Positions 30,726 through 42,149 of a stretch of DNA of 64,000 bases are shown one piece after another; positions within the stretch are counted from its first letter, which is position 1, and each line of letters begins with the position of its first letter. This stretch comes from an uncultured Verrucomicrobiae bacterium. Lineage in GTDB: Bacteria > Verrucomicrobiota > Verrucomicrobiia > Chthoniobacterales > Chthoniobacteraceae. Under the pieces are notes generated by a model, which saw nothing but the letters and a program-made list of their open reading frames with translations, searched no databases and was not told the DNA's origin. A program made the position numbers and the translations under genes. The stretch is taken from assembly GCA_963769025.1 (NCBI GenBank), contig CAVYKI010000006.1, forward strand, positions 320,001 to 384,000. Direction: 5' to 3'.

Positions 30726-32416
30726 ATGATCGAAATGAAGGAACTGCTCGCGAAGTCGAAGGCGATTCGCGACTTCAAAGAGGGAAGCATCGTCAAGGGA
30801 ACCATCCTCGAAATCCGCCCGCGCGAAGTGCTCGTGGACATCGGCTACAAGAGCGAAGGCGCCATCGCGGCGCACGAGTTCGACGACATCAATGAACTGC
30901 AGGTCGGCGACGAAGTCGAAGTGCTCATCTGCCGCCTCGAAAACGACGAGGGCATGGTCGATCCTTTCGAAGGAACGCGCCGCCGCGAAACAGAACTGGG
31001 AGAAGATCGCGAAGGTCTTCGAAGAGGGCGGGCTCATCAAGGGCAAGGTCAAGGCCGTGGTCAAAGGCGGCCTGCTCGTCAACGTCGGCGTCGAGGCATT
31101 CCTGCCCGGCTCGCAGATCGACGTCATCCCCCCGAAGGATCTCACGCAATTCGTCGGCAACACCTACGATTTCAAAATCGTCAAGCTCAACGACGACCGC
31201 CGCAACGTGGTTCTCAGCCGCCGCGAAATCATCGAAGCCGAGCGCTCCGAGAAGCGCGGCGCATTCATGGGCAGCAAGAAGCCCGGCGACATCGTCAAGG
31301 GCGTGGTCAAGAACATCACCGACTTCGGTGCGTTCGTGGACCTCGACGGCATGGACGGACTGCTGCACATCACGGACATCACGTGGGGCCGCCTGAATCA
31401 CCCGAGCGAAGTGCTCAAGGTGGGCATGGAGCTCGACGTCGTGATTCTCGAAATCAACAAGGACAAGGAGCGCGTCTCGCTCGGTCTCAAGCAGAACCAG
31501 AAGAATCCCTGGGACAAGATCGAGGAGCGCTTCGCCGTCGGTGCCAAGGTCAAGGGCAAGGTCACGAACCTCATGCCCTACGGCGCATTCATCGAGCTCG
31601 AAGAGGGCGTCGAAGGCCTCATCCACGTCTCCGAACTCTCGTGGACCAAGCGCATCGCCCGCCCGAGCGACGTGCTCACGATGGGCCAGGAAATCGAGGC
31701 CGTCGTGCTCGGCGTGAACAAGGACGAGCAGAAGATCTCGCTCGGCGTCCGCCAGCTCGAGACCAACCCGTGGGACGAGATGGAGCACAAGTACCCGATC
31801 GGCAAGACCGTGAAGGGGACCGTGCGCAACATGACCGCCTACGGCGCGTTCGTGGAACTCGAGGAAGGCGTGGACGGGATGGTCCACGTTTCCGACATGA
31901 GCTGGACCCGCAAAATCAATCACCCGTCCGAAGACGCTCAAGAAGGGCGACGAGGTCGAGGCGGTCGTCATCGACATCGACAAGAACGCCCAGCGCATCA
32001 GCCTTGGCGTCAAGCAACTCGAAGACGATCCGTGGAAGGACATCGAGCAGCGCTTCAAAATCGGCGACAAGGTCAAGGGCAAGGTCGGCAAGATCGCTGC
32101 CTTCGGCGCATTCGTCGAACTCGACGGCGGCATCGACGGCCTCGTGCACATCTCGCAGATCAGCGCGGACCGCGTCGATAAGGTGAAGGACGTCCTCAAG
32201 GTCGGCCAGGAACTGGAAGCCCGCGTCATCAAGGTGGACAAAGCCGAGCGTCGCATCGGTCTTTCCATCAAGGCCGCGAACTACTCCGACGAAGACATGC
32301 GCAAGGAAGCCGCTGCCTTCGAGAGCGCCATCAAGCCCGGCGAGGACCTCGTCGGACTCGACAAGGCGTTCGCCACGGCGCTCGAGGACTACCGTCCCGG
32401 CGAGCCGAAGAAGTAG
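30726..32416 (+). CDS. rpsA: 30S ribosomal protein S1; single-base insertions near 30960 and 31932
   Basis: VDIGYKSEG, FLPGSQID, FGAFVDL..DGLLHI and repeated S1 domains across three frames. Confidence 0.95.
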
Positions 32417-32442
32417 CCCGGCGTTTCCCAACTCCATTCGCG

Positions 32443-32484
32443 ACCGCGGATGCTGCCTCGTGCGGCATCCGCGGTTTGCTTTTG
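32443..32484 (+). terminator. Intrinsic terminator after rpsA
   Basis: ACCGCGGATGCTGC/GCGGCATCCGCGGT stem followed by TTGCTTTTG. Confidence 0.75.
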
Positions 32485-32708
32485 CGCGGGAGGGGTCCGC
32501 GGCGATGGGTCCGCAGATCGCGCAGATTCACGCACAGTCAGATGCAGAGGTGAAAGGCGGCGGCACCGTATTCCCGTCGCCTTCGAACCCACCGGAAATT
32601 TCCACCGCGTCTTAATCGCCGGGAATCTGCGCAATCTGCGATTGACCTGCCTTTGCGGGCTGAAAATGACGCTTGCGGAACGCGGCTCCGCGGCGAACAT
32701 GAAGCACT

Positions 32709-33059
32709 ATGGACAAACCCAAAATCACTGCCTGGATGAAGCCCTCCTGCGGCTGGAGCAATGGCGTGCGCGCCGTGCTTCGCAAATACAATCTCGAATT
32801 CGAGGACAAGGACATCATCAACAATCCCGCGTTCCGCTGGGAGATGGAGCAGAAGAGCGGCCAGCCCCTCCAGCCCACGTTGGAGATCAACGGCACGATG
32901 CTCGCGGACATTTCCGGCGAGGAACTCGAAGGCTGGCTGATCGCAAACAACCTCACGCAGGCCAGCGACGCACCGGTGGACGTCCCGCTCAACAGCGCCT
33001 GCACCGACGCCCAGCACGAAGCGATGCGCGCCGGGGCGCCGCTGCCGTTCAAGGGCTAA
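32709..33059 (+). CDS. Glutaredoxin-like protein (CGWS)
   Basis: KPSCGWS, SGQPLQPTLEING (cis-Pro region) motifs. Confidence 0.85.
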   Translation: MDKPKITAWMKPSCGWSNGVRAVLRKYNLEFEDKDIINNPAFRWEMEQKSGQPLQPTLEINGTMLADISGEELEGWLIANNLTQASDAPVDVPLNSACTDAQHEAMRAGAPLPFKG

Positions 33060-33076
33060 CTCACGACCAATCTTGC

Positions 33077-33108
33077 AAAGCCGCGCCGGTAAAATGGCGC
33101 GGCTTTTT
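33077..33108. terminator. Probable bidirectional terminator
   Basis: AAAGCCGCGCC/GGCGCGGCTTT stem between convergent genes. Confidence 0.75.
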
Positions 33109-33128
33109 GCTGCCCGGAAGTGCCGCGG

Positions 33129-33539
33129 CTACTTCGCGCCGGCGAGGACTCCCTCCGCCCACGCCGCGCGGCCCGAATGGTTCCAGCCGTCGTTCAGCAG
33201 CCACTGGAGCTGGATGTCCATGGAGAAGTCGCCGTTCGGTTGCGGAAAGGAAGTGTCACCTGCGGAAGCCCCGTGCGGGTCCGGCGCGGCGAGCGCGCGG
33301 GCCACGACGCGGCCGAATTTCAGCCGAAGCCCGATGAAGTAGTACTCGTCCGACTCCAGCAGCGGCCAGCGGCCCGACGTGGAAAAGGAATGCACGGCGG
33401 CATCCACATCCTCGCCCTTGTAGCGTTCCCGTTCGACGAGGTCCTGCGGGGAAAGCGTCCCGGCCTTCGGCGGGACTCCCTCGGGGAATTCAGCGATTTC
33501 CTTTTCGATTGCGGTGGCGAGTGCGAGCCATTGATTCAT
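33129..33539 (-). CDS. Hypothetical protein
   Basis: MNQWLALATAIE... 136 aa; fills the gap between grx and the M50 peptidase and ends at the terminator. Confidence 0.7.
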   Translation of the reverse strand: MNQWLALATAIEKEIAEFPEGVPPKAGTLSPQDLVERERYKGEDVDAAVHSFSTSGRWPLLESDEYYFIGLRLKFGRVVARALAAPDPHGASAGDTSFPQPNGDFSMDIQLQWLLNDGWNHSGRAAWAEGVLAGAK

Positions 33540-33650
33540 GCGGAGGATGCATCGCCGAAAGTGGGGGCGCGGTGCAATAGCGATTTCGCGTCCGGCGGAA
33601 TTGAAAGGCGTGCTGGCCAGCGAATCGGAATTCTGGTTACCCGTGGCGCG

Positions 33651-34376
33651 ATGCCCGAGATTGATTACGCCGCAGGACTGCTGTGGTACTTTGTGTTCGT
33701 CTATTCGACCGTCTGCCACGAGGCGGCGCACGCATGGGCTGCGATGAAGCTGGGCGACAACACCGCGTATCATGGCGGGCAGGTCTCGCTCGATCCGATC
33801 CCGCACATCCGTCGCGAACCGTGGGGCATGGTCATCATCCCGATCGTCACGTTCTACTGGAACGCAATGGCCGGCGTGACGTGGATGATGGGCTGGGCCA
33901 GCGCGCCATATGATCCGCAGTGGGCCGCACGGCATCCGCGGAGCGCTGCGTGGATGGCGCTCGCCGGTCCCGCCGCGAATCTGCTGCTCGTGATCGCCGC
34001 GGCGATTTGCATCCGCCTCGGCATCGCCGCCGGGTGGTTTGCCGTGCCGGAGAGTTTTACTTTCGCCAAAATCGTCAGGGCGGCGGAGGAGGGCGGCGTT
34101 GCACAGTTTGCAGCAATGCTGCTCGGCGTGATGTTCTCGCTGAACCTCCTTCTGATGACCTTCAATCTCATCCCGCTGCCGCCCTTCGATGGTGCGAGCG
34201 TGCCGCTCCTTTTCCTGCGCGGTTCGAGCGCGACGTCGTGGCAGCAGCTGATGTGGAACCCGGCCGTGCAGCTCATGGGATTCATCGTCGCATTCAAAGG
34301 CTTCTGGGTCCTCTTCCACCCGATCCACACCTTCGCGATGAACCTGCTCTACTACGGCCGCGCCCACTACGGGTGA
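33651..34376 (+). CDS. Site-2 protease (peptidase M50)
   Basis: HEAAH, AGPAAN and NLIPLPPFDG motifs. Confidence 0.92.
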   Translation: MPEIDYAAGLLWYFVFVYSTVCHEAAHAWAAMKLGDNTAYHGGQVSLDPIPHIRREPWGMVIIPIVTFYWNAMAGVTWMMGWASAPYDPQWAARHPRSAAWMALAGPAANLLLVIAAAICIRLGIAAGWFAVPESFTFAKIVRAAEEGGVAQFAAMLLGVMFSLNLLLMTFNLIPLPPFDGASVPLLFLRGSSATSWQQLMWNPAVQLMGFIVAFKGFWVLFHPIHTFAMNLLYYGRAHYG

Positions 34377-34445
34377 CCGAGGGGACAGGAAAATTGCTTG
34401 GCCTGTCCCCCCAAACGAGAAAGCTCCGCACAACCGATCTTGAAA

Positions 34446-35345
34446 ATGAAATCCATCGTCACCGCCATCGCCATTGCTGCCGCACTTTTCCTGCCCGTCC
34501 GGGCGGATGAAAGGCAGCCTTCGCCCAAGGAACTGGAGGCGTTCAAAAAGGTCAGGGCGGCCATCGGCGAGCTCCAGTTTCAGTCGGGCGAGGTTTCGCT
34601 CGCGGGTGGAAAGGTGAAGCTCACGCTGCCGCCGGATTATCAATACCTCGACCCTGCGAACGCGCGGAAAGTCCTCGTGGACATCTTCGGAAATCCGCCC
34701 GGGGCCGGCAGCACGAATGGGATGATTGTCCCGAAGGGGATCAACTTCCTGCAGGGCGGCAGCTGGACCGCGGTGCTGCAATGGAAGGAGGACGGCTACG
34801 TGAAGGACGAGGACTTCGCGAAGACGGATTTCAACGGGATGCTGAGCGATTTGAAGAAGGCGTACAAGGTCGGCAGCGACGAGCGCGTGCGCGACGGTTA
34901 CGGCAAGATGGAGCTGCTCGCGTGGGCTCAGACGCCGCATTACGAGCCCGCGACTCACAAACTTTTTTACGCAAAGACGTTCGACGTCGGCGGACCCGAA
35001 CAACAGCTCAACTACGACATCCGCGTGCTCGGCCGGTATGGCGTGCTGGAAGTCAGCATCATGGCCTCGATGTCGCAGATGCACGAAATCGAGGCGAAGG
35101 CGCCTGCGATTCTTGGCATGGTGGATTTTACCGACGGCAACCGATACGCGGATTTCAAGCCGGGTACGGATAAGGTTGCCGCCTACGGCATCGCGGGGCT
35201 CATCGCGGGCGGCGTGCTCGGGAAGGCCGGGTTCTTCAAGATCGCCGGTTTGTTCCTCGTGAAGTTCGGGAAGGTGATCCTCATCGGCATTGCTGCGCTG
35301 GTCGTCGGGCTGGCGAAGTTCTTCGGGAAAAAGAAAGTCGCGTAG
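34446..35345 (+). CDS. DUF2167 membrane-anchored protein
   Basis: WKEDGYVKD, LNYDIRVLGRYGV and YADF..G.DKVAAYG motifs. Confidence 0.9.
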   Translation: MKSIVTAIAIAAALFLPVRADERQPSPKELEAFKKVRAAIGELQFQSGEVSLAGGKVKLTLPPDYQYLDPANARKVLVDIFGNPPGAGSTNGMIVPKGINFLQGGSWTAVLQWKEDGYVKDEDFAKTDFNGMLSDLKKAYKVGSDERVRDGYGKMELLAWAQTPHYEPATHKLFYAKTFDVGGPEQQLNYDIRVLGRYGVLEVSIMASMSQMHEIEAKAPAILGMVDFTDGNRYADFKPGTDKVAAYGIAGLIAGGVLGKAGFFKIAGLFLVKFGKVILIGIAALVVGLAKFFGKKKVA

Positions 35346-35484
35346 GCAGGCGCCGGCGGGTCCGGATTGTGGCGCTCGCCGAGGGCGGAACGGGTGAGCG
35401 GTGGCGCAGGATACACGCGCGCTCACAAATGAATTGGACGTCCGGGTTGAAGCCCGCAAGATGGAACGCGTCTCCAGATTCCCC

Positions 35485-38400
35485 ATGAAGAAAACCCATC
35501 CGTTCGCATCGTCTCTCCGCTGTATCGCCATCGCGCTGCTCGCGTGCGCCACCTCTGCTTTTGCACAGGAATACCTCGATATTCCTGCGAAGCCCGGCGT
35601 CGGCTCCGGGCAGGGAAAACGCATCGTGCTCGTCGCCGGCGACGAGGAATACCGCACCGAGGAGTCGTGCCCGATGCTGGCAAAGATTCTCAGCCAGAAG
35701 CACGGCTTTCATTGCACCGTGCTCTTTTCCACGGATCCGCAGGCCGGCTACGTCGACCCGAACAACCAGAAGAACATCCGCGGCACCGCGGTGCTGGACT
35801 CGGCGGACCTGCTCATCATCGGCACGCGTTTCCGACAGTTGCCGGACGACCAGCTCGCGCCATTCGCGCGCTTTCTCAATGCGGGCAAGCCGGTGATCGG
35901 ATTCCGCACGGCCACGCATGCGTTCAGCGGCAACGCGAAGACGGGCGACTTCAAGTGGTCGGAATTCGGGCTGAAGATTCTGGGTGAGAAGTGGGTCAAT
36001 CATCACGGTGCGCACAAAAAGGAAGGAACGCGCAGCGTCGTGGTGACTTCGAATGGCTCGCACGAAGTCCTGCGGGGCGTCGGCGAGATTTTCGCGACGA
36101 CGGACGTTTACGGCATCGCGAATCTCGATCATGTCCGCGACGATCCTGCTGCGCGGCGAGGTGACGGAGTCGCTCGATCCGGCATCGAAGGCGGTCGCCG
36201 GAAAAAAGAACGACCCGACGATGCCGCTGGCCTGGCTGCGCGAGTACACGGCGCCGAACGGCACGGCGAAAGGAAAGGCATTCTGCACGACGCTCGGCGC
36301 GTCGGTGGACTTTGCGGATGAAGACCTGCGCCGGCTGATCGTGAATGCCGCGCATCATCTGACGGGAGTGAAGGTGCCGACAAACGCGGACGTCGCCGTC
36401 GTGGACAAGTTCGAGCCGACTTTCTACGGCAATCTCAGCAGCGAGCACTACAAGAGCCTGAACCGGAAGCCGGCCGACTACGCGCTCGGCAAGAGCCCGT
36501 CCACAGGCACGCCCCACGCCGCGCCGAAAAAGGGGCCGCAGATCGATCCGAAAACCGGGGAGCGCATCCGGCCGAACAACAGCGGCCCCGGCGCGCCGCA
36601 TGCGCCGAACGCCGAGCCGCCCGCTGCGACCGCCGCACGCCCGCAGACCGTCGCGCCTCCGGCGAAAGGCGAGCGAATCGTGCTGCTCGGCAACGGCCTC
36701 GCCGAGCGCGACGTTTACTACAGCCGCATCGAGACGGAGCTGCATCTGCGCTATCCCGAGCATCAGCTTTTCCTCCGCAACATGGGCCGGCCCGGCGATA
36801 CGCCCGGCTTCCGCCCGCACCCGTCGCGCACTTCGCAGTGGGCATTTCCCGGCGCGGAGAAATTCCATCCGGAGCTGAACGTGCATCATGGCAAGGGCTT
36901 CTTCCCCACGCCGGACCAGTGGCTCACGCATCTGAAGGCGGACACCATCGTCGCGTTTTTCGGCTACAACGAATCCTTCGACGGAGCGAAGCGCGTGGCG
37001 AACTTCGAGGCCGAGCTCGACGCTTGGGTGCAGCACACGCTGGGCAAGGCTTACAACGGCAAAGGCGGCGCCGCGCATCGTGCTCGTCTCGCCGATCGCC
37101 TTCGAGGATCAGAGCGCGAAGCGCGACCTGCCGCGGGGCGATGCGGAAAACGCAAACCTGCTGCTCTACACCACCGCGATCGAAAACGTGGCGAGGAAGC
37201 ACAGGCTCACGTTCATCGATCTCTTCACGCCGACGAAGGCGATCTACGCCAAGGCGAAGGAACCCTTCACGACCGGCGGATTCATCCCGACCGAGGCCGG
37301 CTACGCAGCAGCTCGCGGGGATTCTCGCCACCGGCATCTACGGCCACCAGTCGCCGGTCTCGAAGGCCGACCCGGCCAAAGTCCTCGCGGCGGTGCAGCA
37401 GAAGGATTGGTTTTGGAACAACGACTACAACATCCTCAACGGCGTCCACACGCACGGCCAGCGCTACAATCCGTTCGGGCCGCAGAATTATCCCGACGAG
37501 GTGAAGAAGACCCGCGAGATGGCCGCGCTGCGCGACCAGCTCATCCACGCGGTCGCGGGCGGAAAAACGACTTCGCTCGCCGTGGACGACAGCAAGACGC
37601 ACCCGCTGCCGCCCGTGCCGACGAACTACTCCCCGACGAACGCTAAGAACGGCACGCAGGAGTATCAGTATGGCGAAGACGCCGTGAAGTCGCTCACAGT
37701 GCCGCCGGGCTACAAGGTCGAGCTCTTCGCGAGCGAAAAGGAATTCCCAAACCTCGCGAATCCGATGCAGCTCTCCTTCGACAACAAGGGCCGGCTTTGG
37801 GTCGCGGTGATGCCGACCTATCCGCACTATCGCCCCGGCGATCCGATGCCGAACGACAAGATCCTGATCTACGAGGACACGAACGGCGACGGAAAGGCCG
37901 ACAAGGAAACGGTCTTCGCCGATCACCTGCATCTGCCCATCGGTTTCGAATTCGCGCCCGAGGGCGTGTATGTCTCGCAGGAGCCGAATCTCGTGCTGCT
38001 GCGCGACACCGATGGCGACGACAAGGCCGACAGCCGCGAGATCGTGCTGGGCGGCTTCGACTCGCACGACACGCATCATGCGATCAGCGCCTTCACCGCG
38101 GACCCGAGCGGCGCATTCATCATGTGCGAGGGCGTGTTCCTTCACACGAATGTCGAGACGCCCTACGGTCCCGTGCGCTGTGTGGACGGCGGCTTCTACC
38201 GCTACAGCCCGCAGCGCGGGCACCTCGAACGCACCGCGCAGCTCGCGATCCCAAATCCGTGGGGCGCGGTCTTCGACGCGTGGGGCCAGGATTTCTTCCT
38301 GCACACGTCGGGCCCGAGCATGAACTGGATGCTGCCGGTCTCGGTGAAGCCGACCTTCGGCAGCAAGACGCCTTCGACGCCCGATCTGGTCCCGAAGGGC

Positions 38401-39735
38401 CAGAGCGTGCGGCCCACGTCTGGCCTCGACATCGTCTCCTCGCGCCATTTTCCCGACGAAGTGCAGGGCGACATCATCCTGGGCAATGCCATCGGATTCC
38501 TCGGCATGAAGCAGCACCAGATCGAGGACGACGGGACGGGATGGAAGACGACGTTCCGCCAGGATCTGCTGAAGAGCACCGACGGCAATTTCCGCCCGGC
38601 CGATCTCGAGTTCGCGCCGGACGGCTCACTCTACGTCATCGACTGGCACAACGTGCTCATCGGCCACATGCAGCACAACGCCCGCGACCCGCTGCGCGAT
38701 CACGTGCATGGGCGCATCTACCGCATCACCTATCCGTCGCGCCCGCTCGTGAAGCCCGCGCAGGTGGCCGGCGCGCCGATTGCGACGCTGCTCGAAAATC
38801 TCAAGCTGCCGGAGCTGCGCGCGCGTTACCGCACACGGCGCGAACTGCGCGGGCGCCCCGCCGCCGAAGTGTTGCCCGCGCTGAAGGCGTGGGTGGCGAA
38901 ACTCGACAGGTCCGACGCCCAATACGAGCACCACGTCCTCGAAGCGCTCTGGACGACATGGGGGCTCAACCAGCCCGACGACGCGCTGCTGCGCCAGATG
39001 CTCGCCGCGAAGGATCACCGCGCCCGGGCCGCCGCCGTCCGCGTCCTGCGCTACAATACCCACCGCTTCGCCGATCACGTCGCGCTCCTCGAAAAGGCTG
39101 CAAATGATCCCCATGGCCGCGTGCGCCTCGAGGCCATCGTCGCAGCGTCCTGGCTGCCGAACATCGCCGCCGCGAAAAACATCGTCGCGCTCGCCTCCAA
39201 GCAACCGCTCGACGACTGGAGCAGGAACGCCGCAAAGACCGCCGCCGATCGGCTCGCCGGCATCGCGGAGACGGAAAAGCCGGACCATCCCGTCCTGCCC
39301 GCGCCCGAGCACCTCGCGTCGGATGCGAAGAAGCAGTTCCTCGCCGGACAGGAAGTCTATTTCCGCGAAGGCCACTGCGTCACCTGCCACCAGCCAAATG
39401 GCGGCGGACTCGATCCCGCCTTTCCGTCGCTGGTGAAAAGCCCGTGGGTGAACGGCGACGCCGAGCGGCTGATCAAGCTCACACTCTACGGCCTGATGGG
39501 ACCGCTCGAAATCGACGGCAAAAAGTACGACGGCCAGGTGCCCATGACGCCGTTCGGCGGGATGTTGAAGGACGACGAAATCGCCGCCGTGCTGACCTTC
39601 GTGAGGAACACCTTCGGAAACAAATCCGCGCCGGTCACTCCCGCTCAGGTCAAGGCCGTGCGCGACGCGAATCCGGACCGCGTGATGTTCTTCACTGTGG
39701 ACGAACTGCTCAAGCAACACCCGATGAAGCCGTGA
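35485..39735 (+). CDS. Large PVC-type haem-binding protein: ThuA-like + SGNH/GDSL + beta-propeller dehydrogenase + HEAT + cytochrome c; frameshifts near 36130, 37065 and 37305
   Basis: AGDEEYRTEE/RTATHAF, LGNGLAER/FGYNES, FASEKEFP..NP/DTDGD..AD/GRIYRI and CVTCH motifs in consecutive frames. Confidence 0.82.
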
Positions 39736-39816
39736 TCCGCGGGCGCCCTCATTGGTCACCTTCCTGATCCCAGGCGCGCCCGCCCGGCGATTGCCGCATC
39801 CGGTTTGCGTCCGGCC

Positions 39817-41232
39817 TCAGACTCCGATGCGCGCCTGGAGCGTCTCGGCGATTCGATCCGCGTGGCGGCCGATGATGTCGGCGTCGCGGCCCTCGATGAG
39901 GAGGCGGATCTTCGGCTCGGTGCCGCTGTAGCGGAGCAGCACGCGCCCCGCGCCTTTCAGTTCGGATTCGGCCGCCGTCACCAGCGAGAGCACGTCGGGC
40001 ATCTGTTCGAGCGGGATTTTTTCGCGGACCTTCAGGTTGCGCTGCGCCTGCGGGTACTTGCGCAGGCATTTCTTAAGCTCGCTGAGCGGCCTGCCCGATT
40101 CCGCCATGATGCGCAGGATCTGCAGCGCGCTCACGATGCCGTCGCCGGTCGTGGAGTAGTCGCGGAAAATCATGTGGCCGCTTTGCTCGCCGCCGACGTT
40201 GAGATCCTCGCGCAGCATCGCCTCGATCACGTGCCGGTCGCCGACCTTGGTGCGGAGCACCTGGCCCTTGGCTTCCTTCAGCGTTTCGTCGAGGCCGAAG
40301 TTGCTCATGATCGTGGCGACGAGCGTGTTTTTCGCCAGCGTGCCGCGGCGCAGGTGATCGACGGCGGCGATGGCGAGGATGTCGTCCCCGTCCACGATCT
40401 CGCCTTTCTCGTCGCAGAGTTGCAACCGGTCGGCATCGCCGTCGTGGCTGATGCCGATGTGCGCGCCCGTCTCCTTCACGAGCCGCGAAATCTCCTCCGG
40501 ATACGTGCTGCCGCAGTTGGCGTTGATGTTCCGTCCGTCCGGCGTGTCGTGGAAGACATGGCAGGTCGCGCCGAGCTCGCGAAGGATCCATGGCGTGCTC
40601 TTGTAGGCCGCGCCATTACCCACATCCACCGCGATGCGGATGCCCTCTAGGGTCAGGCCTTTCGGGAAGCTCGCCTTCGCGTGTTCGACGTAGCGGCCCA
40701 GCGCGTCGTCGATGCGGCGCGCCTGGCCGATTTTACCCGCGATGGGGCGGATGTTTTCGATCTCGCCGCTGAAGACGAGGTTCTCGATCCGCTGCTCGAT
40801 TTCGTCGTCGAGCTTGTAGCCGTCGAAGCGGAAAAACTTGATGCCGTTGTCCTCATACGGATTGTGCGAGGCGCTGAGCACGATGCCGCCATCCGCTCGC
40901 AAGGAGCGCGTGATGTACGCGACGCCGGGCGTGGGGAGGGGACCGAGCAGGAAGACGTCCACGCCGAGCGACATCAGCCCCGCGGCCATCGCGTTCTCGA
41001 GCATGTAGCCGGAAAGGCGCGTGTCCTTGCCGATGACGATGACGGGCCTGCGATCCGTGCGATGCGTGAGCCCGCCGGCCTCGGTGAAGACGTGCGCCGC
41101 CGCACGACCGAGCTTCAGGGCGGTTTCGGCGGTGACGGGCTCGAGATTGGCGACGCCACGGATGCCGTCCGTGCCGAAGAGTTTCCGATGGTTGTCGAGG
41201 GACTCCGGGGTTCCGCTATTTTTTTTCACCAT
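39817..41232 (-). CDS. glmM: Phosphoglucosamine mutase
   Basis: FGTDGIRG, SASHNP, DGDADR, GGEQSGH and RYSGTEP motifs. Confidence 0.96.
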   Translation of the reverse strand: MVKKNSGTPESLDNHRKLFGTDGIRGVANLEPVTAETALKLGRAAAHVFTEAGGLTHRTDRRPVIVIGKDTRLSGYMLENAMAAGLMSLGVDVFLLGPLPTPGVAYITRSLRADGGIVLSASHNPYEDNGIKFFRFDGYKLDDEIEQRIENLVFSGEIENIRPIAGKIGQARRIDDALGRYVEHAKASFPKGLTLEGIRIAVDVGNGAAYKSTPWILRELGATCHVFHDTPDGRNINANCGSTYPEEISRLVKETGAHIGISHDGDADRLQLCDEKGEIVDGDDILAIAAVDHLRRGTLAKNTLVATIMSNFGLDETLKEAKGQVLRTKVGDRHVIEAMLREDLNVGGEQSGHMIFRDYSTTGDGIVSALQILRIMAESGRPLSELKKCLRKYPQAQRNLKVREKIPLEQMPDVLSLVTAAESELKGAGRVLLRYSGTEPKIRLLIEGRDADIIGRHADRIAETLQARIGV

Positions 41233-41264
41233 ACGCCGTGGCTCCGAATTCAATGCTCCGTGCC

Positions 41265-42149
41265 TTAGGCTGCGATATCGTCGGTTCGGCGAGCTGGCTC
41301 TTTCGGATGACCGCCCAGAGGAGGATTGCCAGCGCCAGCGAGACCGTCTTCGCCAACAGGTTGTTCGTGAGCAGGGCTTTCATGAATTGGCATCAGGAGT
41401 AGTTCGGAAAGGCGCGCGCGCAAGCTCGCGGGCGTGAATTCTCGTTCAAGTTTCCCGCGATGGCAGAGCGAGACGGCGCCCGTCTCCTCGCTCACGATGA
41501 GGACGATCGCGTCGCTTTCCTCGGTCAGCCCTATGGCCGCGCGGTGGCGCAGGCCGAGATTGCGGTCGAGGTCCTGCCGCTGGCTGACGGGAAAAATGCA
41601 CCCCGCGCTGATGATCCGGTCGCTGCGGACGATGAGGCCGCCATCGTGGAGCGGAGTCTTCGGGTGGAAAATGGTGACGATGAGTTCGGGCGAGAGCCGG
41701 CTGTCGATCATCACGCCGCTCTCGATGTGCGACTGGATGTCCGTGCCGCGCTGGATGGCGATCAGCGCGCCCAGATGCTTGCTGGAGAGATCGAACGCGG
41801 TCTGCGAGAGCTCCTCGACGATCTCCTTGTTCTCGGGCGGGATGCCGAAGATGTGATGGCTGCCGAGCTGCGCGAGCATGCGCCGGAGTTCGGGTTGGAA
41901 AATCACGACCAGCGCGACGATGACGACCGCCGAGATGCGCTGGAGCAGCCAGCTGATGACCTCCAGCCCGAAAAGCTGCGAGAGCAGCACGAGGCCGAGC
42001 ACGAGCGAGCCGAGGCCCGTGAGCACACGCAGGCCGCGCGTTCCTCGAAGACCGAGGTACGCGTAGTAGACGCCTACCGCGAGGATGATGACCTCGAGTG
42101 CATCCTTCCAGTGGTCGGAGGCGATATCCTGGATGCCCGCGAGAATCAT
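41265..42149 (-). CDS. cdaA: Diadenylate cyclase CdaA/DacA
   Basis: Three N-terminal transmembrane helices, FQPELRR, LHDGG, GLRHRAA and VSEETG motifs. Confidence 0.93.
   Translation of the reverse strand: MILAGIQDIASDHWKDALEVIILAVGVYYAYLGLRGTRGLRVLTGLGSLVLGLVLLSQLFGLEVISWLLQRISAVVIVALVVIFQPELRRMLAQLGSHHIFGIPPENKEIVEELSQTAFDLSSKHLGALIAIQRGTDIQSHIESGVMIDSRLSPELIVTIFHPKTPLHDGGLIVRSDRIISAGCIFPVSQRQDLDRNLGLRHRAAIGLTEESDAIVLIVSEETGAVSLCHRGKLEREFTPASLRARLSELLLMPIHESPAHEQPVGEDGLAGAGNPPLGGHPKEPARRTDDIAA

Noticed and set aside
30726..32416. Programmed frameshifting or pseudogenisation of rpsA
   Set aside because: Normally essential gene, no slippery sequence at the breaks, and the same single-insertion pattern occurs across unrelated genes
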